From: an uncultured Dehalococcoidia bacterium
GTDB lineage: Bacteria > Chloroflexota > Dehalococcoidia > Lucifugimonadales > QGNO01
DNA length: 55,505 bases
NCBI GenBank assembly: GCA_964450505.1
Contig: CAYVEN010000002.1
Location: 1,342-56,846 of the forward strand
Direction of reading: 5' to 3'
The position numbers and the translations under genes are program-made. This document shows positions 1-8,427 of this stretch, piece by piece (the stretch's first letter is position 1; each line of letters starts with the position of its first letter). The notes under the pieces were generated by a model, which was not told where the DNA came from, made no database searches, and was given only the letters and a program-made list of their open reading frames with translations.

Positions 1-19
1 AGCGAAAAGGAGGCCGATT

Positions 20-322
20 TTGACAGCGTACATAGGGTTGCTGAAGTACAACGAGTCGCCCAGGCGGAGCGGGGAGGAGGAGCTGGCCACGGGGAGGGTG
101 GCGCGAGGCATCGCGGAGATAGAGAACCACGGGGCGAGGTTCCTGAGCATTCTGTGGTCGGAGGGCGAGTACGATATGGTGCTGACGCTGGAGTCGAAGG
201 ACGAAGCGGTGGCGAGCGCGATATTCGCCAAGCTGGGCGAGCAGGAGAACGCGACGATAGCGGTGTCGCCGGCGCTGGTGGACTGGGAGAAACGGTTGTC
301 GGTGCAGGGGAAGTCTTACTAA
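20..322 (+). CDS. GYD-domain small protein (copy 1)
   Basis: 100-aa ORF with a TTG start 6 nt after AAAGGAGG. 'ILWSEGEYDMVLTLES' matches the G-x-YD core of the ~100-aa GYD family. Confidence 0.6.
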   Translation: MTAYIGLLKYNESPRRSGEEELATGRVARGIAEIENHGARFLSILWSEGEYDMVLTLESKDEAVASAIFAKLGEQENATIAVSPALVDWEKRLSVQGKSY

Positions 323-333
323 GGAGTTGACCA

Positions 334-923
334 ATGACGATGACGATAGTGGGCTACGACGCTGAGACGGGCCAGTTTGGCGGCGCGGTGGCTACCAAGA
401 ACCCGGCTGTGGGCTCCAGGGTGCTGCGCGGCATAGGAGAGGTGGGGATGGTGGGGTTCAGCTCGGTGGAGACGCAGAGGCGTCGCGGGATCGCGATGCT
501 GCAGCTGGGCTTTCCGGCGGACGTGACGCTGGATGCGTTGATCAAGGTGAGCAACGGAGCTGGCCAGTACAGCCTGATAGACCGGACGGGTCAGTCGGCG
601 GCGTATACGTCGCCGGGGCTGAGTCCGTGGGCCGGGAGTCGGACGGGGAAGCACTACGCGTGCAGCGCGAACACCATGGTGGGTCCCGAGGTGGTGCAGG
701 CGCTGGGAGACACGTTCGAGGAGACGGAGGGACTACCGTTGGAGGAGAGGCTGCTGAGGTGCTTGGAGGCGGCGCAGTCGACGGGAGGCGACCACCGGGG
801 TCGTCAGGCGGCGGCGGTGCAGGTGCACTGGAAGCGGATAGACGCCAATGCGAACCTGGACGTGCGTGTGGACGACAGCGCGAATCCGATACCGGAGTTG
901 AGGGCAGCGGTGAAGAACTATCG
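334..923 (+). repeat. 590-bp direct repeat, copy A (100% identical to 1364-1953)
   Basis: Block-by-block comparison of the printed sequence shows the two copies are identical at an offset of 1030 bp. The first mismatch is at 924 (c) versus 1954 (g). The base before each ATG differs. Confidence 0.95.
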
Positions 924-1011
924 CCAGATCTTTCCTCAGTACCATGACAGAACATGGCCTGAGTTGTCGGGCACGGGCGGCTATAACATCCTGTACCCTG
1001 GCGGCTGGTAG
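334..1011 (+). CDS. DUF1028 family protein (Ntn-hydrolase fold), copy 1
   Basis: 225 aa. The N-terminus 'MTMTIVGYDAETGQFGGAVATKNPAVGSRV' resembles the DUF1028 'MTFSIVARD' start with Thr2 as putative nucleophile. It starts 11 nt after the GYD gene. Confidence 0.7.
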   Translation: MTMTIVGYDAETGQFGGAVATKNPAVGSRVLRGIGEVGMVGFSSVETQRRRGIAMLQLGFPADVTLDALIKVSNGAGQYSLIDRTGQSAAYTSPGLSPWAGSRTGKHYACSANTMVGPEVVQALGDTFEETEGLPLEERLLRCLEAAQSTGGDHRGRQAAAVQVHWKRIDANANLDVRVDDSANPIPELRAAVKNYRQIFPQYHDRTWPELSGTGGYNILYPGGW

Positions 1012-1042
1012 GCCCGTTGAAATACGAAGGGAGAAAGCAAAG

Positions 1043-1360
1043 ATGCCGGTATACGTTGCCTTGGTAAAGTTGAACGGAGAGAGGACTGGTGAAGAACAGC
1101 TTGCCGCGGGGAAGGCCGCGCTGGAGCTGGCCCAGGAGGAGAGTGGCGGGATCGCCGCCATCACTACCAGCAGCGGCTACTACGGTGTGTACTGGACCAC
1201 AGGTGAAGCTGATCTGGTGCTCACGTATTCCAAGCGAGATGAGGAGGAAGCTCGCGCTTTTGCCAAGCGGCTGGAGCAGCGGCAGAACTCCACCATTACG
1301 GTGATGAAGGCGCTCACCGAAGGCGAGAAGGAGCGCGCCGTGCAGGGTAGGCGGGTGTAG
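1043..1360 (+). CDS. GYD-like small protein (copy 2, diverged)
   Basis: ATG at 1043 is preceded by GGGAGAAAG. 'MPVYVALVKLNGE...YWTTGEADLVLTYSKRDEEEA' parallels copy 1 ('MTAYIGLLKYNES...GEYDMVLTLESKDEA'). The longer 944 start was rejected because it overlaps the upstream gene. Confidence 0.5.
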   Translation: MPVYVALVKLNGERTGEEQLAAGKAALELAQEESGGIAAITTSSGYYGVYWTTGEADLVLTYSKRDEEEARAFAKRLEQRQNSTITVMKALTEGEKERAVQGRRV

Positions 1361-1363
1361 GCC

Positions 1364-1953
1364 ATGACGATGACGATAGTGGGCTACGACGCTGAGACGG
1401 GCCAGTTTGGCGGCGCGGTGGCTACCAAGAACCCGGCTGTGGGCTCCAGGGTGCTGCGCGGCATAGGAGAGGTGGGGATGGTGGGGTTCAGCTCGGTGGA
1501 GACGCAGAGGCGTCGCGGGATCGCGATGCTGCAGCTGGGCTTTCCGGCGGACGTGACGCTGGATGCGTTGATCAAGGTGAGCAACGGAGCTGGCCAGTAC
1601 AGCCTGATAGACCGGACGGGTCAGTCGGCGGCGTATACGTCGCCGGGGCTGAGTCCGTGGGCCGGGAGTCGGACGGGGAAGCACTACGCGTGCAGCGCGA
1701 ACACCATGGTGGGTCCCGAGGTGGTGCAGGCGCTGGGAGACACGTTCGAGGAGACGGAGGGACTACCGTTGGAGGAGAGGCTGCTGAGGTGCTTGGAGGC
1801 GGCGCAGTCGACGGGAGGCGACCACCGGGGTCGTCAGGCGGCGGCGGTGCAGGTGCACTGGAAGCGGATAGACGCCAATGCGAACCTGGACGTGCGTGTG
1901 GACGACAGCGCGAATCCGATACCGGAGTTGAGGGCAGCGGTGAAGAACTATCG
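1364..1953 (+). repeat. 590-bp direct repeat, copy B
   Basis: Identical to 334-923. Downstream of the block, identity drops to roughly 70% by eye. Confidence 0.95.
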
Positions 1954-2041
1954 GCAGATCTTTCCTGAATACTCCGACCGCACCTGGCCTGATCTTACGG
2001 GAACCGGCGGCTATCGGATACTCTATCCGCAGAACTGGTGA
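1364..2041 (+). CDS. DUF1028 family protein, copy 2
   Basis: 225 aa. The first 196 residues are identical to copy 1 and only the C-terminal ~29 aa diverge. It starts 3 nt after GYD copy 2. Confidence 0.7.
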   Translation: MTMTIVGYDAETGQFGGAVATKNPAVGSRVLRGIGEVGMVGFSSVETQRRRGIAMLQLGFPADVTLDALIKVSNGAGQYSLIDRTGQSAAYTSPGLSPWAGSRTGKHYACSANTMVGPEVVQALGDTFEETEGLPLEERLLRCLEAAQSTGGDHRGRQAAAVQVHWKRIDANANLDVRVDDSANPIPELRAAVKNYRQIFPEYSDRTWPDLTGTGGYRILYPQNW

Positions 2042-2051
2042 TTGGTTCCGG

Positions 2052-2954
2052 TTAGCGCCCGCGAAGCCTGGGGTCGAAGATGTCCCTGAGGGCGTCGCCA
2101 AAGACGTTGATGGCGAACACCACCAGCGTAAGCGCCGTTCCGGGGAATATGCCGATCCAGGGCGCGCTGGCGAAGTCCATCAGTATCTCACCGGAGAGCA
2201 TTCCGCCCCATGAGATCACAGAGGGCGGGAGACCCACTCCCAGGAAGCTGAGAGAGGCCTCAATCACAATTGCGGAGCCGATCATTGTGGTGGCCACGAC
2301 CATCATGGGGCCAAAGGTATTGGGCAGGATGTGCCGGAGCATGATCCGGAGGTCGCTGGCGCCGATAGAGTAGGAGGCGTCCACGTAAGGCAGTTCCCTG
2401 ATGCTGAGCGCCTGCGAGCGGATGATACGCACTCCGCGGCTTGTGAAGATTATGATCATTGCTATGATCAGGCTTGTGAAACCGGGCCCAAACGCTGCCA
2501 TCAGGGCAAGGCCCAGCACAAGCGAAGGCAGGTAGGTTATGGAGTCAATGAACCTCTGAACGATCAGGTCAGTCTTGCCGCCGTAGTAGGCGCTGATAAT
2601 GCCGACAAAGGCCCCTATACTGGTTGCCGCCAGCATAGCTATAACGCCTACAAAGAGGGAGACCCGGGTCCCGTAAATCGTCCGGCTGAAGATATCTCTT
2701 CCCAGTATATCCGTTCCGAACCAGAACTCTGAGCTTGGGGCCAGCAGTTGAGTAGACCCGCTGATGTCCCAGGGGTCGTGGGGTACGATTGCAGGCGCGG
2801 CCAGCGCCACCAGCGTAGCGAAGAGCAGTATGACAACACCCGTCCCGCCCAACGGTTTCGTACGCATGAAGCTCAAGAACTTCTGCGCAGCGTTGGGACG
2901 TTTGACCGTCCCAAAAGCTACGGGAACTTCAATTGAGTCTTGACGTGTGGTCAT
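2052..2954 (-). CDS. ABC transporter permease (peptide/nickel DppC/OppC type)
   Basis: 300-aa polytopic protein. It carries the 'SYSIGASDLRIMLRHILPN' EAA-loop-type motif typical of DppC-like permeases. Confidence 0.85.
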   Translation of the reverse strand: MTTRQDSIEVPVAFGTVKRPNAAQKFLSFMRTKPLGGTGVVILLFATLVALAAPAIVPHDPWDISGSTQLLAPSSEFWFGTDILGRDIFSRTIYGTRVSLFVGVIAMLAATSIGAFVGIISAYYGGKTDLIVQRFIDSITYLPSLVLGLALMAAFGPGFTSLIIAMIIIFTSRGVRIIRSQALSIRELPYVDASYSIGASDLRIMLRHILPNTFGPMMVVATTMIGSAIVIEASLSFLGVGLPPSVISWGGMLSGEILMDFASAPWIGIFPGTALTLVVFAINVFGDALRDIFDPRLRGR

Positions 2955-2966
2955 ACCGAATTCTCC

Positions 2967-3926
2967 CTAGGAGTACCGTATGCGCGGGTCAAGGTAGGCA
3001 TAGGTCAGGTCCACCAGCAGATTGGCTACCAATGCCACCAGCACAAAGTAGGTTAGATATGCTTGCACCATGGGCAAGTCCCGAAAGAACATGGCCTGGA
3101 GTACGCCTCGGCCAATTCCGGGAATGCTGAAGATGTTTTCGATTACGATGGTGCCGGAGAAGATTAGCCCCATCTGTGCTCCGGCTATGGTGACGACGGG
3201 AAGCAACGCGTTTCTCACGGCGTGCCGCATTATGACAACTCGTTCCGATAGACCCTTTGCCCTGGCGGTGCGGACGTAGTCGTCCCGGAGCACCTCCAAT
3301 AGCTGGGTACGGGTCATACGGAGCAGCGTGCCGTTGATAGAGAAGCCGAGGGCTACGGCAGGGAAGACGAGTTGTTGGAAGCTTACTACCGGGTCCTGCC
3401 AGAGGTGGACGAAGCCCAAGGGGGGTATCCAGTTGAAGAGCACTGAGAGGAAGAGTACGACTAGCAGGCCGACGAAGAAGCTGGGCATGGCGAGACCGAT
3501 GATAGCTATTCCACGCAGTGCGTAATCAGCGACCCCATCCTGCCGTATAGCGGCAAGTATGCCTATGGGAACGGCAATTATCCAGGTCACTATGATGGTA
3601 AAGATGCCTAGCTCCAGCGAGACCGGGAACTGCTGTTTGATGGACCGGGATATTGGTACATTGGTTACGTAGGAATTCCCAAGGTCAAAGCGGATCATAC
3701 CGTATGCCCAATCCAAATACTGTACGGGGATGGGTCTGTTCAAGCCCAGGGATTCACGCAGATTGTCGATGTCCTCTTGCGTGTAGGTAGAGTCACCTGA
3801 AGGGCCGGCGAGGAGAATGGCGGCCACGTCTCCGGGAAGGATGCGCAGGATCACAAAAATAACGATAGACGCCCCTATCAAAGTAGGGACGAATAGTGCC
3901 AGTCTACGTAATAGGTACTGTCTCAT
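2967..3926 (-). CDS. ABC transporter permease (DppB/OppB type)
   Basis: 319 aa. 'ARAKGLSERVVIMRHAVRNALLPVVT' is the classic DppB-family motif. Confidence 0.85.
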   Translation of the reverse strand: MRQYLLRRLALFVPTLIGASIVIFVILRILPGDVAAILLAGPSGDSTYTQEDIDNLRESLGLNRPIPVQYLDWAYGMIRFDLGNSYVTNVPISRSIKQQFPVSLELGIFTIIVTWIIAVPIGILAAIRQDGVADYALRGIAIIGLAMPSFFVGLLVVLFLSVLFNWIPPLGFVHLWQDPVVSFQQLVFPAVALGFSINGTLLRMTRTQLLEVLRDDYVRTARAKGLSERVVIMRHAVRNALLPVVTIAGAQMGLIFSGTIVIENIFSIPGIGRGVLQAMFFRDLPMVQAYLTYFVLVALVANLLVDLTYAYLDPRIRYS

Positions 3927-3938
3927 AGTTCAGTTATG

Positions 3939-3973
3939 GCAGTGGGCGCCCCTAGTATAGCGGCGCCCACTGC
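3939..3973 (-). promoter_or_regulatory. Intercistronic stem-loop between SBP and permease genes
   Basis: Perfect 12-bp inverted repeat, gcagtgggcgcc (3939-3950) / ggcgcccactgc (3962-3973), with an 11-nt loop. There is no U-run on the transcribed strand, so it looks like an mRNA-stabilising or attenuating element rather than a full terminator. Confidence 0.55.
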
Positions 3974-3994
3974 TTTGCAAATCAACTGACTGAC

Positions 3995-5893
3995 TTACAT
4001 CATGTCGTTGAGATAGACCCTCTCCAGAGAGTAGGCGTCTGTGTGCACAATCGGCGGCGTCCAGTTCTGCCACGTTGACCTGTGCAGGCCAATGACTCCC
4101 GGCCTGACCATGCCTATCATGTGCGCGTCGTCCCAGAATAATCTGGCCATCTGGCGGAGGATTACAGCACGTTCCGCCGGGTCGTTGATAACCAGTTGCT
4201 GTTCCATAAGGTCTCTCCACTCAGGTCTGACCCAGCCGCTGTAGTTACGGCCACCCTCTTCCCAGGTCAGGTAGGTGGAGACGCTGTAGCCGTCAGGATC
4301 CTGGAAGGAGAGGCCCTTGCTGATCTGGATGATCTGGAAGTTGCCTTCCTCACCGGCTTTGTCAGCGCTGGCGTAGTCCGGGGCTATGTTGAGATCAGCC
4401 TGGATATAGATCCTTTCTAGCTGCTGGTCAAAGACCTCGCAGTCTCTGCGATTGCCGGTAGCGCAGACGAACTCTACTACCAGCGGGTTGGACTCGCTGT
4501 AACCAAGTTCCGTCATTATGGCCTGCGCATCGGCCAGGGCAGCCGCCTTTACGTCGGGAGTGGAATCAAGGCCCTTGTACTCAGCCAGCCACTCATCAAC
4601 GGTGTGGATCCAGTCCCAGCCGATGAAGTACGGCGTGGACAGGTGACCGGTGCCGTTGAAGGCGAGCTGGTTGAACTCGTTGCGGTCCGCCATCCACTGA
4701 ATAGCCGTGCGAAGCTTGTCGGCGGTAGGATCACCCACCGGGCCGAACGGCGGCTTCATGGTGTTGAGAGGGAAGCCGCGCCAGCCGTTGGCGTTCACGC
4801 GAGGCTGCTTGACGGCGTCTTCACCCAAGCGGGCCACTATTCGCTCAACGTCACGCGGTGAAGGAGCATCACCAAATAGACCCAGGTAGTCAACCTGCCC
4901 CGCCATGAATGCGGCTGTGCGCGTGTTGGCATCAGGTATTGCCAGGACCTCGTATCCATCAAGATAGGGATACTCAGGCAGGAAGTAGTTGGGGTTCCGC
5001 TCCAGACCGGCGCGGTTGTTGTCTTCGAACACCGTCAACTTGAACGGACCGGTGCCGATAACCTCGCCCTGTGTGAAGTCTACGTCTCTCCAGGTGCCGC
5101 TGTCGTCTATGGCCCTGGTGTAGGTGTCAGGCATTACGCTTGTCCAGGGTGACACAAAGCAGGCCAGGAAGGCGGCTCTGGGGGCCTTAAGCCTAACGAC
5201 TAGTTCGGTGTCAGAGAGGGCTTCAACCCCTGGCTCAGGCAGTGTGGCGCCTGTATCGTCAGTTACGTCATCGACGTAGGCTCGCAGGCATCCCTGGCGC
5301 TTCGAAGAAAGGCCGTTGGGACGCTCGATGAAGCGGTACAGGGAGTAGGCAGCGTCTTCCGCTGTGAACGGGTTGCCGTCATGGTCAACGATATTGTCAC
5401 GAACAGTGAACCTGTACGTGGTACCGTCATCGTCGAGCGACCACGACTCCGCAAGGTCGTTCTCTACGGTCTGCTTGTCGGCCACGCTGAAGCGCAGGAG
5501 CTGCCCCCAGACGTTGCCGACGAATCCTAGGCCTGTCCATCCGTAGCCGGCGGTGTTGCCGGAGGTATCAAACTGGCCTGGAGATCCGACGCCATCCACG
5601 CCGATAGCGGTGGTGCCTCCGTACCGAGTCTCGTGGTCGTCCGGAACCGGAGTCGGCGTGTTGGTGGGCTGCGGCGCGGCAGTTACACCGGGCGCGGGCG
5701 GTACGGGCGTTGCCGTTGGCGTGGGCACCGTGATATCCGGCACCACCAGCACTGACGTGGGTGTGGGAGTGGGCGCGTCCGGCGTAGTAGGCGTAGGCGT
5801 GGCCTCTTCTGAAGGCCCGCACGCTAGAACTGCCAGAAGCCCAATGGAAACAATTACACCCAGTAGTTTCCTTAAGCTAAGTCCTAAATGCAT
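3995..5893 (-). CDS. ABC transporter substrate-binding lipoprotein, family 5 (peptide/nickel)
   Basis: 632 aa. Signal peptide and lipobox 'LLAVLAC'. A Pro/Thr-rich linker of ~70 aa follows, then a family-5 SBP-sized body. It lies directly upstream of two Dpp-type permease genes. Confidence 0.8.
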   Translation of the reverse strand: MHLGLSLRKLLGVIVSIGLLAVLACGPSEEATPTPTTPDAPTPTPTSVLVVPDITVPTPTATPVPPAPGVTAAPQPTNTPTPVPDDHETRYGGTTAIGVDGVGSPGQFDTSGNTAGYGWTGLGFVGNVWGQLLRFSVADKQTVENDLAESWSLDDDGTTYRFTVRDNIVDHDGNPFTAEDAAYSLYRFIERPNGLSSKRQGCLRAYVDDVTDDTGATLPEPGVEALSDTELVVRLKAPRAAFLACFVSPWTSVMPDTYTRAIDDSGTWRDVDFTQGEVIGTGPFKLTVFEDNNRAGLERNPNYFLPEYPYLDGYEVLAIPDANTRTAAFMAGQVDYLGLFGDAPSPRDVERIVARLGEDAVKQPRVNANGWRGFPLNTMKPPFGPVGDPTADKLRTAIQWMADRNEFNQLAFNGTGHLSTPYFIGWDWIHTVDEWLAEYKGLDSTPDVKAAALADAQAIMTELGYSESNPLVVEFVCATGNRRDCEVFDQQLERIYIQADLNIAPDYASADKAGEEGNFQIIQISKGLSFQDPDGYSVSTYLTWEEGGRNYSGWVRPEWRDLMEQQLVINDPAERAVILRQMARLFWDDAHMIGMVRPGVIGLHRSTWQNWTPPIVHTDAYSLERVYLNDMM

Positions 5894-5921
5894 AATCTCA
5901 CCCCTCCAAAGGTAAGTTCCA

Positions 5922-5944
5922 CCAAGCGTAGAAGCTACGCTTGG
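5922..5944. promoter_or_regulatory. Perfect palindrome in divergent control region
   Basis: ccaagcgtag-aag-ctacgcttgg has 10-bp arms and a 3-nt centre. It sits 29 nt upstream of the SBP start, inside an AT-rich 230-bp divergent intergenic region. Confidence 0.35.
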
Positions 5945-6123
5945 CTAGAAAGCCGCAACAATTCTATGGGATATATCGTGTTTGTCAATACCTCCTTGAA
6001 GCAATTTAAGCTTACCAAGCTACAATAAGCCTTACGAACAGGAGCCCAACTTGGATTTCTCGTCGTATTTGATAGAATAAGCCGCACTCTAATATTAGTT
6101 TTTCGAAAACGGGGAGGAGCCAG

Positions 6124-7524
6124 ATGTCTGCGGATCTAACCGGCCTGACCTTGGCGGACGCCGCCAGAGCAATCGAGTCCCGTAAACTTTCACCTGTTGA
6201 GCTTACGCAGGACATACTTAATCGCATTGACGCGCTCAACCCCAAGTTGAACGCGTTTCTTACCGTAATAGGTGATAGAGCGCTGGCAACCGCGCAACAA
6301 GCGGAGCAAGAGATATCCCAAGGGAACTATCGCGGCCCGTTCCACGGCATACCGTACGCGGTCAAGGATATCTATTCCACAAGAGGCATACGCACCACCA
6401 ACGGCTCCAGCGTGTTCTCGGAGCACGTTCCGAACCACGACAGCACCGCCGTTCGCAATTTGAACAGAGCCGGCGGAGTGCTGGTCGGTAAGAACCACTG
6501 CCTGGAGTTCGCCTGCGGCAACCACAACAGTCTATACGGGGAAGTGCGCAACCCCTGGAACCTGGAGCACACCCCCGGCGGCTCATCCAGCGGCTCGGCG
6601 GCCTCCGTGGCGGCCAGCATGGTCTTTGGCTCCATGGGTTCGTGCACCGGCGGCTCGATTCGCGGGCCGGCTTCCTTCTGCGGTATTGTCGGCCACAAGC
6701 CCACCTATGGCCTGGTGAGCAGATACGGGGTTTTCCCCCTGAGCTGGTCCATAGACCATGCCGGGCCTATGACCAGGACCGTGGAAGATTGCGCTTTGAT
6801 GCTGCAGGCAGTGGCCGGCTACGACTCAAGAGACCCGTCGTCGGCAAGAGTGCGCCTGCCCGACTATGCCGGAGCGTTGAAGGGAGGCATCGGGAGCATC
6901 CGCGTTGGAGTGGCCAGGGAGTTCATCGAAGGGTCTACGGATGAGGTGACGAGCCTGACGCAAGAGGCTATAGGAGTACTCAGCGAACTTGGCGCTTCCG
7001 TAGAGGAGGTGTCGCTGCCGATAACGGCTGATTACGCTGGCGCCTCAGGCAACACCATCACCTGGAGCGAGGCCGCTCAAGTGCACGCTCCCTGGAAGGA
7101 CAGGCTCAAGGAGTACACGGCGGGCGTGCAGCAAAAGGTCCTGGTGGGATCCGTGATATCCTCCACCATGTACCACAAAGCCCAACTCTTGAGAAGGCAG
7201 ATCTATGATGAGATCACCAGGGTCATGAAGAGTGTGGACGTTTTGGTGGGGCCCACCATGGCGGCCCCTGCCGGACAGATACAGGCAAGCGTGGCAGCGG
7301 GCGGCGATGCCGGGGCATTGAGAATGGCTACTCAGCGCAGCTTCACCCGTCCCCAGAATCTCACGGGCCTGCCGGCGGTGAGCGTACCGTGCGGCTTCTC
7401 CGCCCAGGGGCTGCCCGTTGGCCTGCAGATATCGGGGCGCTTGTTTGAAGACGACCTGGTTTTGAAGGTGGCCCACGCTTACGAGCAGGCTACGGAATGG
7501 CACAAGAAACATCCTGAAGTCTAG
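6124..7524 (+). CDS. Amidase-signature family amidase
   Basis: 466 aa with RBS GGGGAGGAG. Motifs present: 'YAVKDIY' (Lys), 'GGSSSGSAASVAA' (Ser-cisSer) and 'GGSIRGPASFCG'. Confidence 0.9.
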   Translation: MSADLTGLTLADAARAIESRKLSPVELTQDILNRIDALNPKLNAFLTVIGDRALATAQQAEQEISQGNYRGPFHGIPYAVKDIYSTRGIRTTNGSSVFSEHVPNHDSTAVRNLNRAGGVLVGKNHCLEFACGNHNSLYGEVRNPWNLEHTPGGSSSGSAASVAASMVFGSMGSCTGGSIRGPASFCGIVGHKPTYGLVSRYGVFPLSWSIDHAGPMTRTVEDCALMLQAVAGYDSRDPSSARVRLPDYAGALKGGIGSIRVGVAREFIEGSTDEVTSLTQEAIGVLSELGASVEEVSLPITADYAGASGNTITWSEAAQVHAPWKDRLKEYTAGVQQKVLVGSVISSTMYHKAQLLRRQIYDEITRVMKSVDVLVGPTMAAPAGQIQASVAAGGDAGALRMATQRSFTRPQNLTGLPAVSVPCGFSAQGLPVGLQISGRLFEDDLVLKVAHAYEQATEWHKKHPEV

Positions 7525-7535
7525 GGAGAGGAGCC

Positions 7536-7730
7536 ATGAGCATAACCAAGGAGATGGTCAGGAAACTGCTGCGACGGGAGGGCCTCCACGCTACCGAGGA
7601 GGAGGTGGAGACCACGCTGAAGCTACACAATGCCCTGGACGAGCAGATGGGGAAGGCCTCCGCTGAATCACTGGCAGCAGCGGAGCCTCACTACATACAG
7701 CCCACTAGAGCACAGCCCAAGCGCAGATAA
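7536..7730 (+). CDS. Small protein, possible AtzG/GatC-like amidase partner
   Basis: 64-aa ORF starting 11 nt after the amidase stop, with strong RBS GGAGAGGAG. It looks helical and acidic ('ATEEEVETTLKLHNALDEQMGKA...AAAEPHYI'). Size and position resemble GatC/AtzG. The assignment rests on context and composition only. Confidence 0.4.
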   Translation: MSITKEMVRKLLRREGLHATEEEVETTLKLHNALDEQMGKASAESLAAAEPHYIQPTRAQPKRR

Positions 7731-7746
7731 AGACTGGAGGCGCCCA

Positions 7747-8400
7747 ATGGTAACGGTCAACCCGCGTTCTTTTACGTCGGACAACGAATTGATAGACGCC
7801 TACAAGAAGATACTGGCCCCTTCACTAGGCCACTTTCTGGATGGAGGGATGGATCCGGCCATCAGAGCCCTATGGCAGCCGGTGAAGCTGGTCGGGCCGG
7901 CGCTGACCGTGCAGACGACTCCCAACTCTGCCGCCGCTCTGGGTAAAGCAGCGGAGATTGCCCAACCGGGCGATGTAATAGTGATGAGTCGCGGCGGCGA
8001 GAACCGGCACGCCACCACCGGCGACTTTGCGGTGCTCAACTTCCAGGAGAAGGGCATAGCGGGAATGATTACCGACGGCTTGGTCACGGACCAGCGGGCC
8101 ATCGAGCGGTTGCAGTTCCCCATATTCTGCCGCGGCGTTTCGGCGATTATCGCCAAACGGGGCGGTGAGGACGAGGGCGCGGTCAATGTCCCGGTGGAGG
8201 TAGGCGGTCTAACCGTGAATCCCGGCGACCTCATAGTCGCCGACGAGGACGGCGTGATAGTGTGCAGCTTTGACGAGGCGCGGGAACAACTCCAGGCGTG
8301 CCTGGAGCTTGAGGAGTGGGAGGCGTACGCCCTTGGACAACTGGACTCGGGCAGGCCGCTTTCAGAGGTTATGCAGGAAAGGCAGAGTTACAGACAATAG
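7747..8400 (+). CDS. RraA-family protein (RraA / 4-hydroxy-4-methyl-2-oxoglutarate aldolase-like)
   Basis: ATG at 7747 follows GGAGG. 'GDVIVMSRGGENRHATTGDFAVLNFQEKGIAGMITDGLVTD' fits the RraA-family core. The longer 7630 start overlaps the upstream ORF and was rejected. Confidence 0.75.
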   Translation: MVTVNPRSFTSDNELIDAYKKILAPSLGHFLDGGMDPAIRALWQPVKLVGPALTVQTTPNSAAALGKAAEIAQPGDVIVMSRGGENRHATTGDFAVLNFQEKGIAGMITDGLVTDQRAIERLQFPIFCRGVSAIIAKRGGEDEGAVNVPVEVGGLTVNPGDLIVADEDGVIVCSFDEAREQLQACLELEEWEAYALGQLDSGRPLSEVMQERQSYRQ

Positions 8401-8427
8401 TCCAATTAACCATAGGAGAGTCCGGCG

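Noticed and set aside
542-1684. 380-aa minus-strand ORF (and its shorter twin at 319-654) spanning both DUF1028 copies.
   Set aside because: It is antisense to well-supported genes and has Pro/Arg/Ser-rich junk composition. It is long only because high GC suppresses stop codons, and it appears twice only because of the 590-bp repeat.
5553-5915. Gly/Val/Thr-rich ORFs antisense to the Pro/Thr linkers (5553-5915 plus strand, 21870-22256 minus strand).
   Set aside because: They mirror the low-complexity linker-coding DNA of the SBP and LTD lipoprotein and have no independent support.
6124-7524. Calling either amidase (6124-7524 or 31800-33212) GatA of the tRNA-dependent amidotransferase.
   Set aside because: No gatB is adjacent. 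The sequence around the substrate pocket ('GKNHCLEFACG' and 'GKLNMHPFAYG') differs from the GatA pattern I recall ('NMDEFAMGSS'). The context is catabolic, so only the family-level call was kept.
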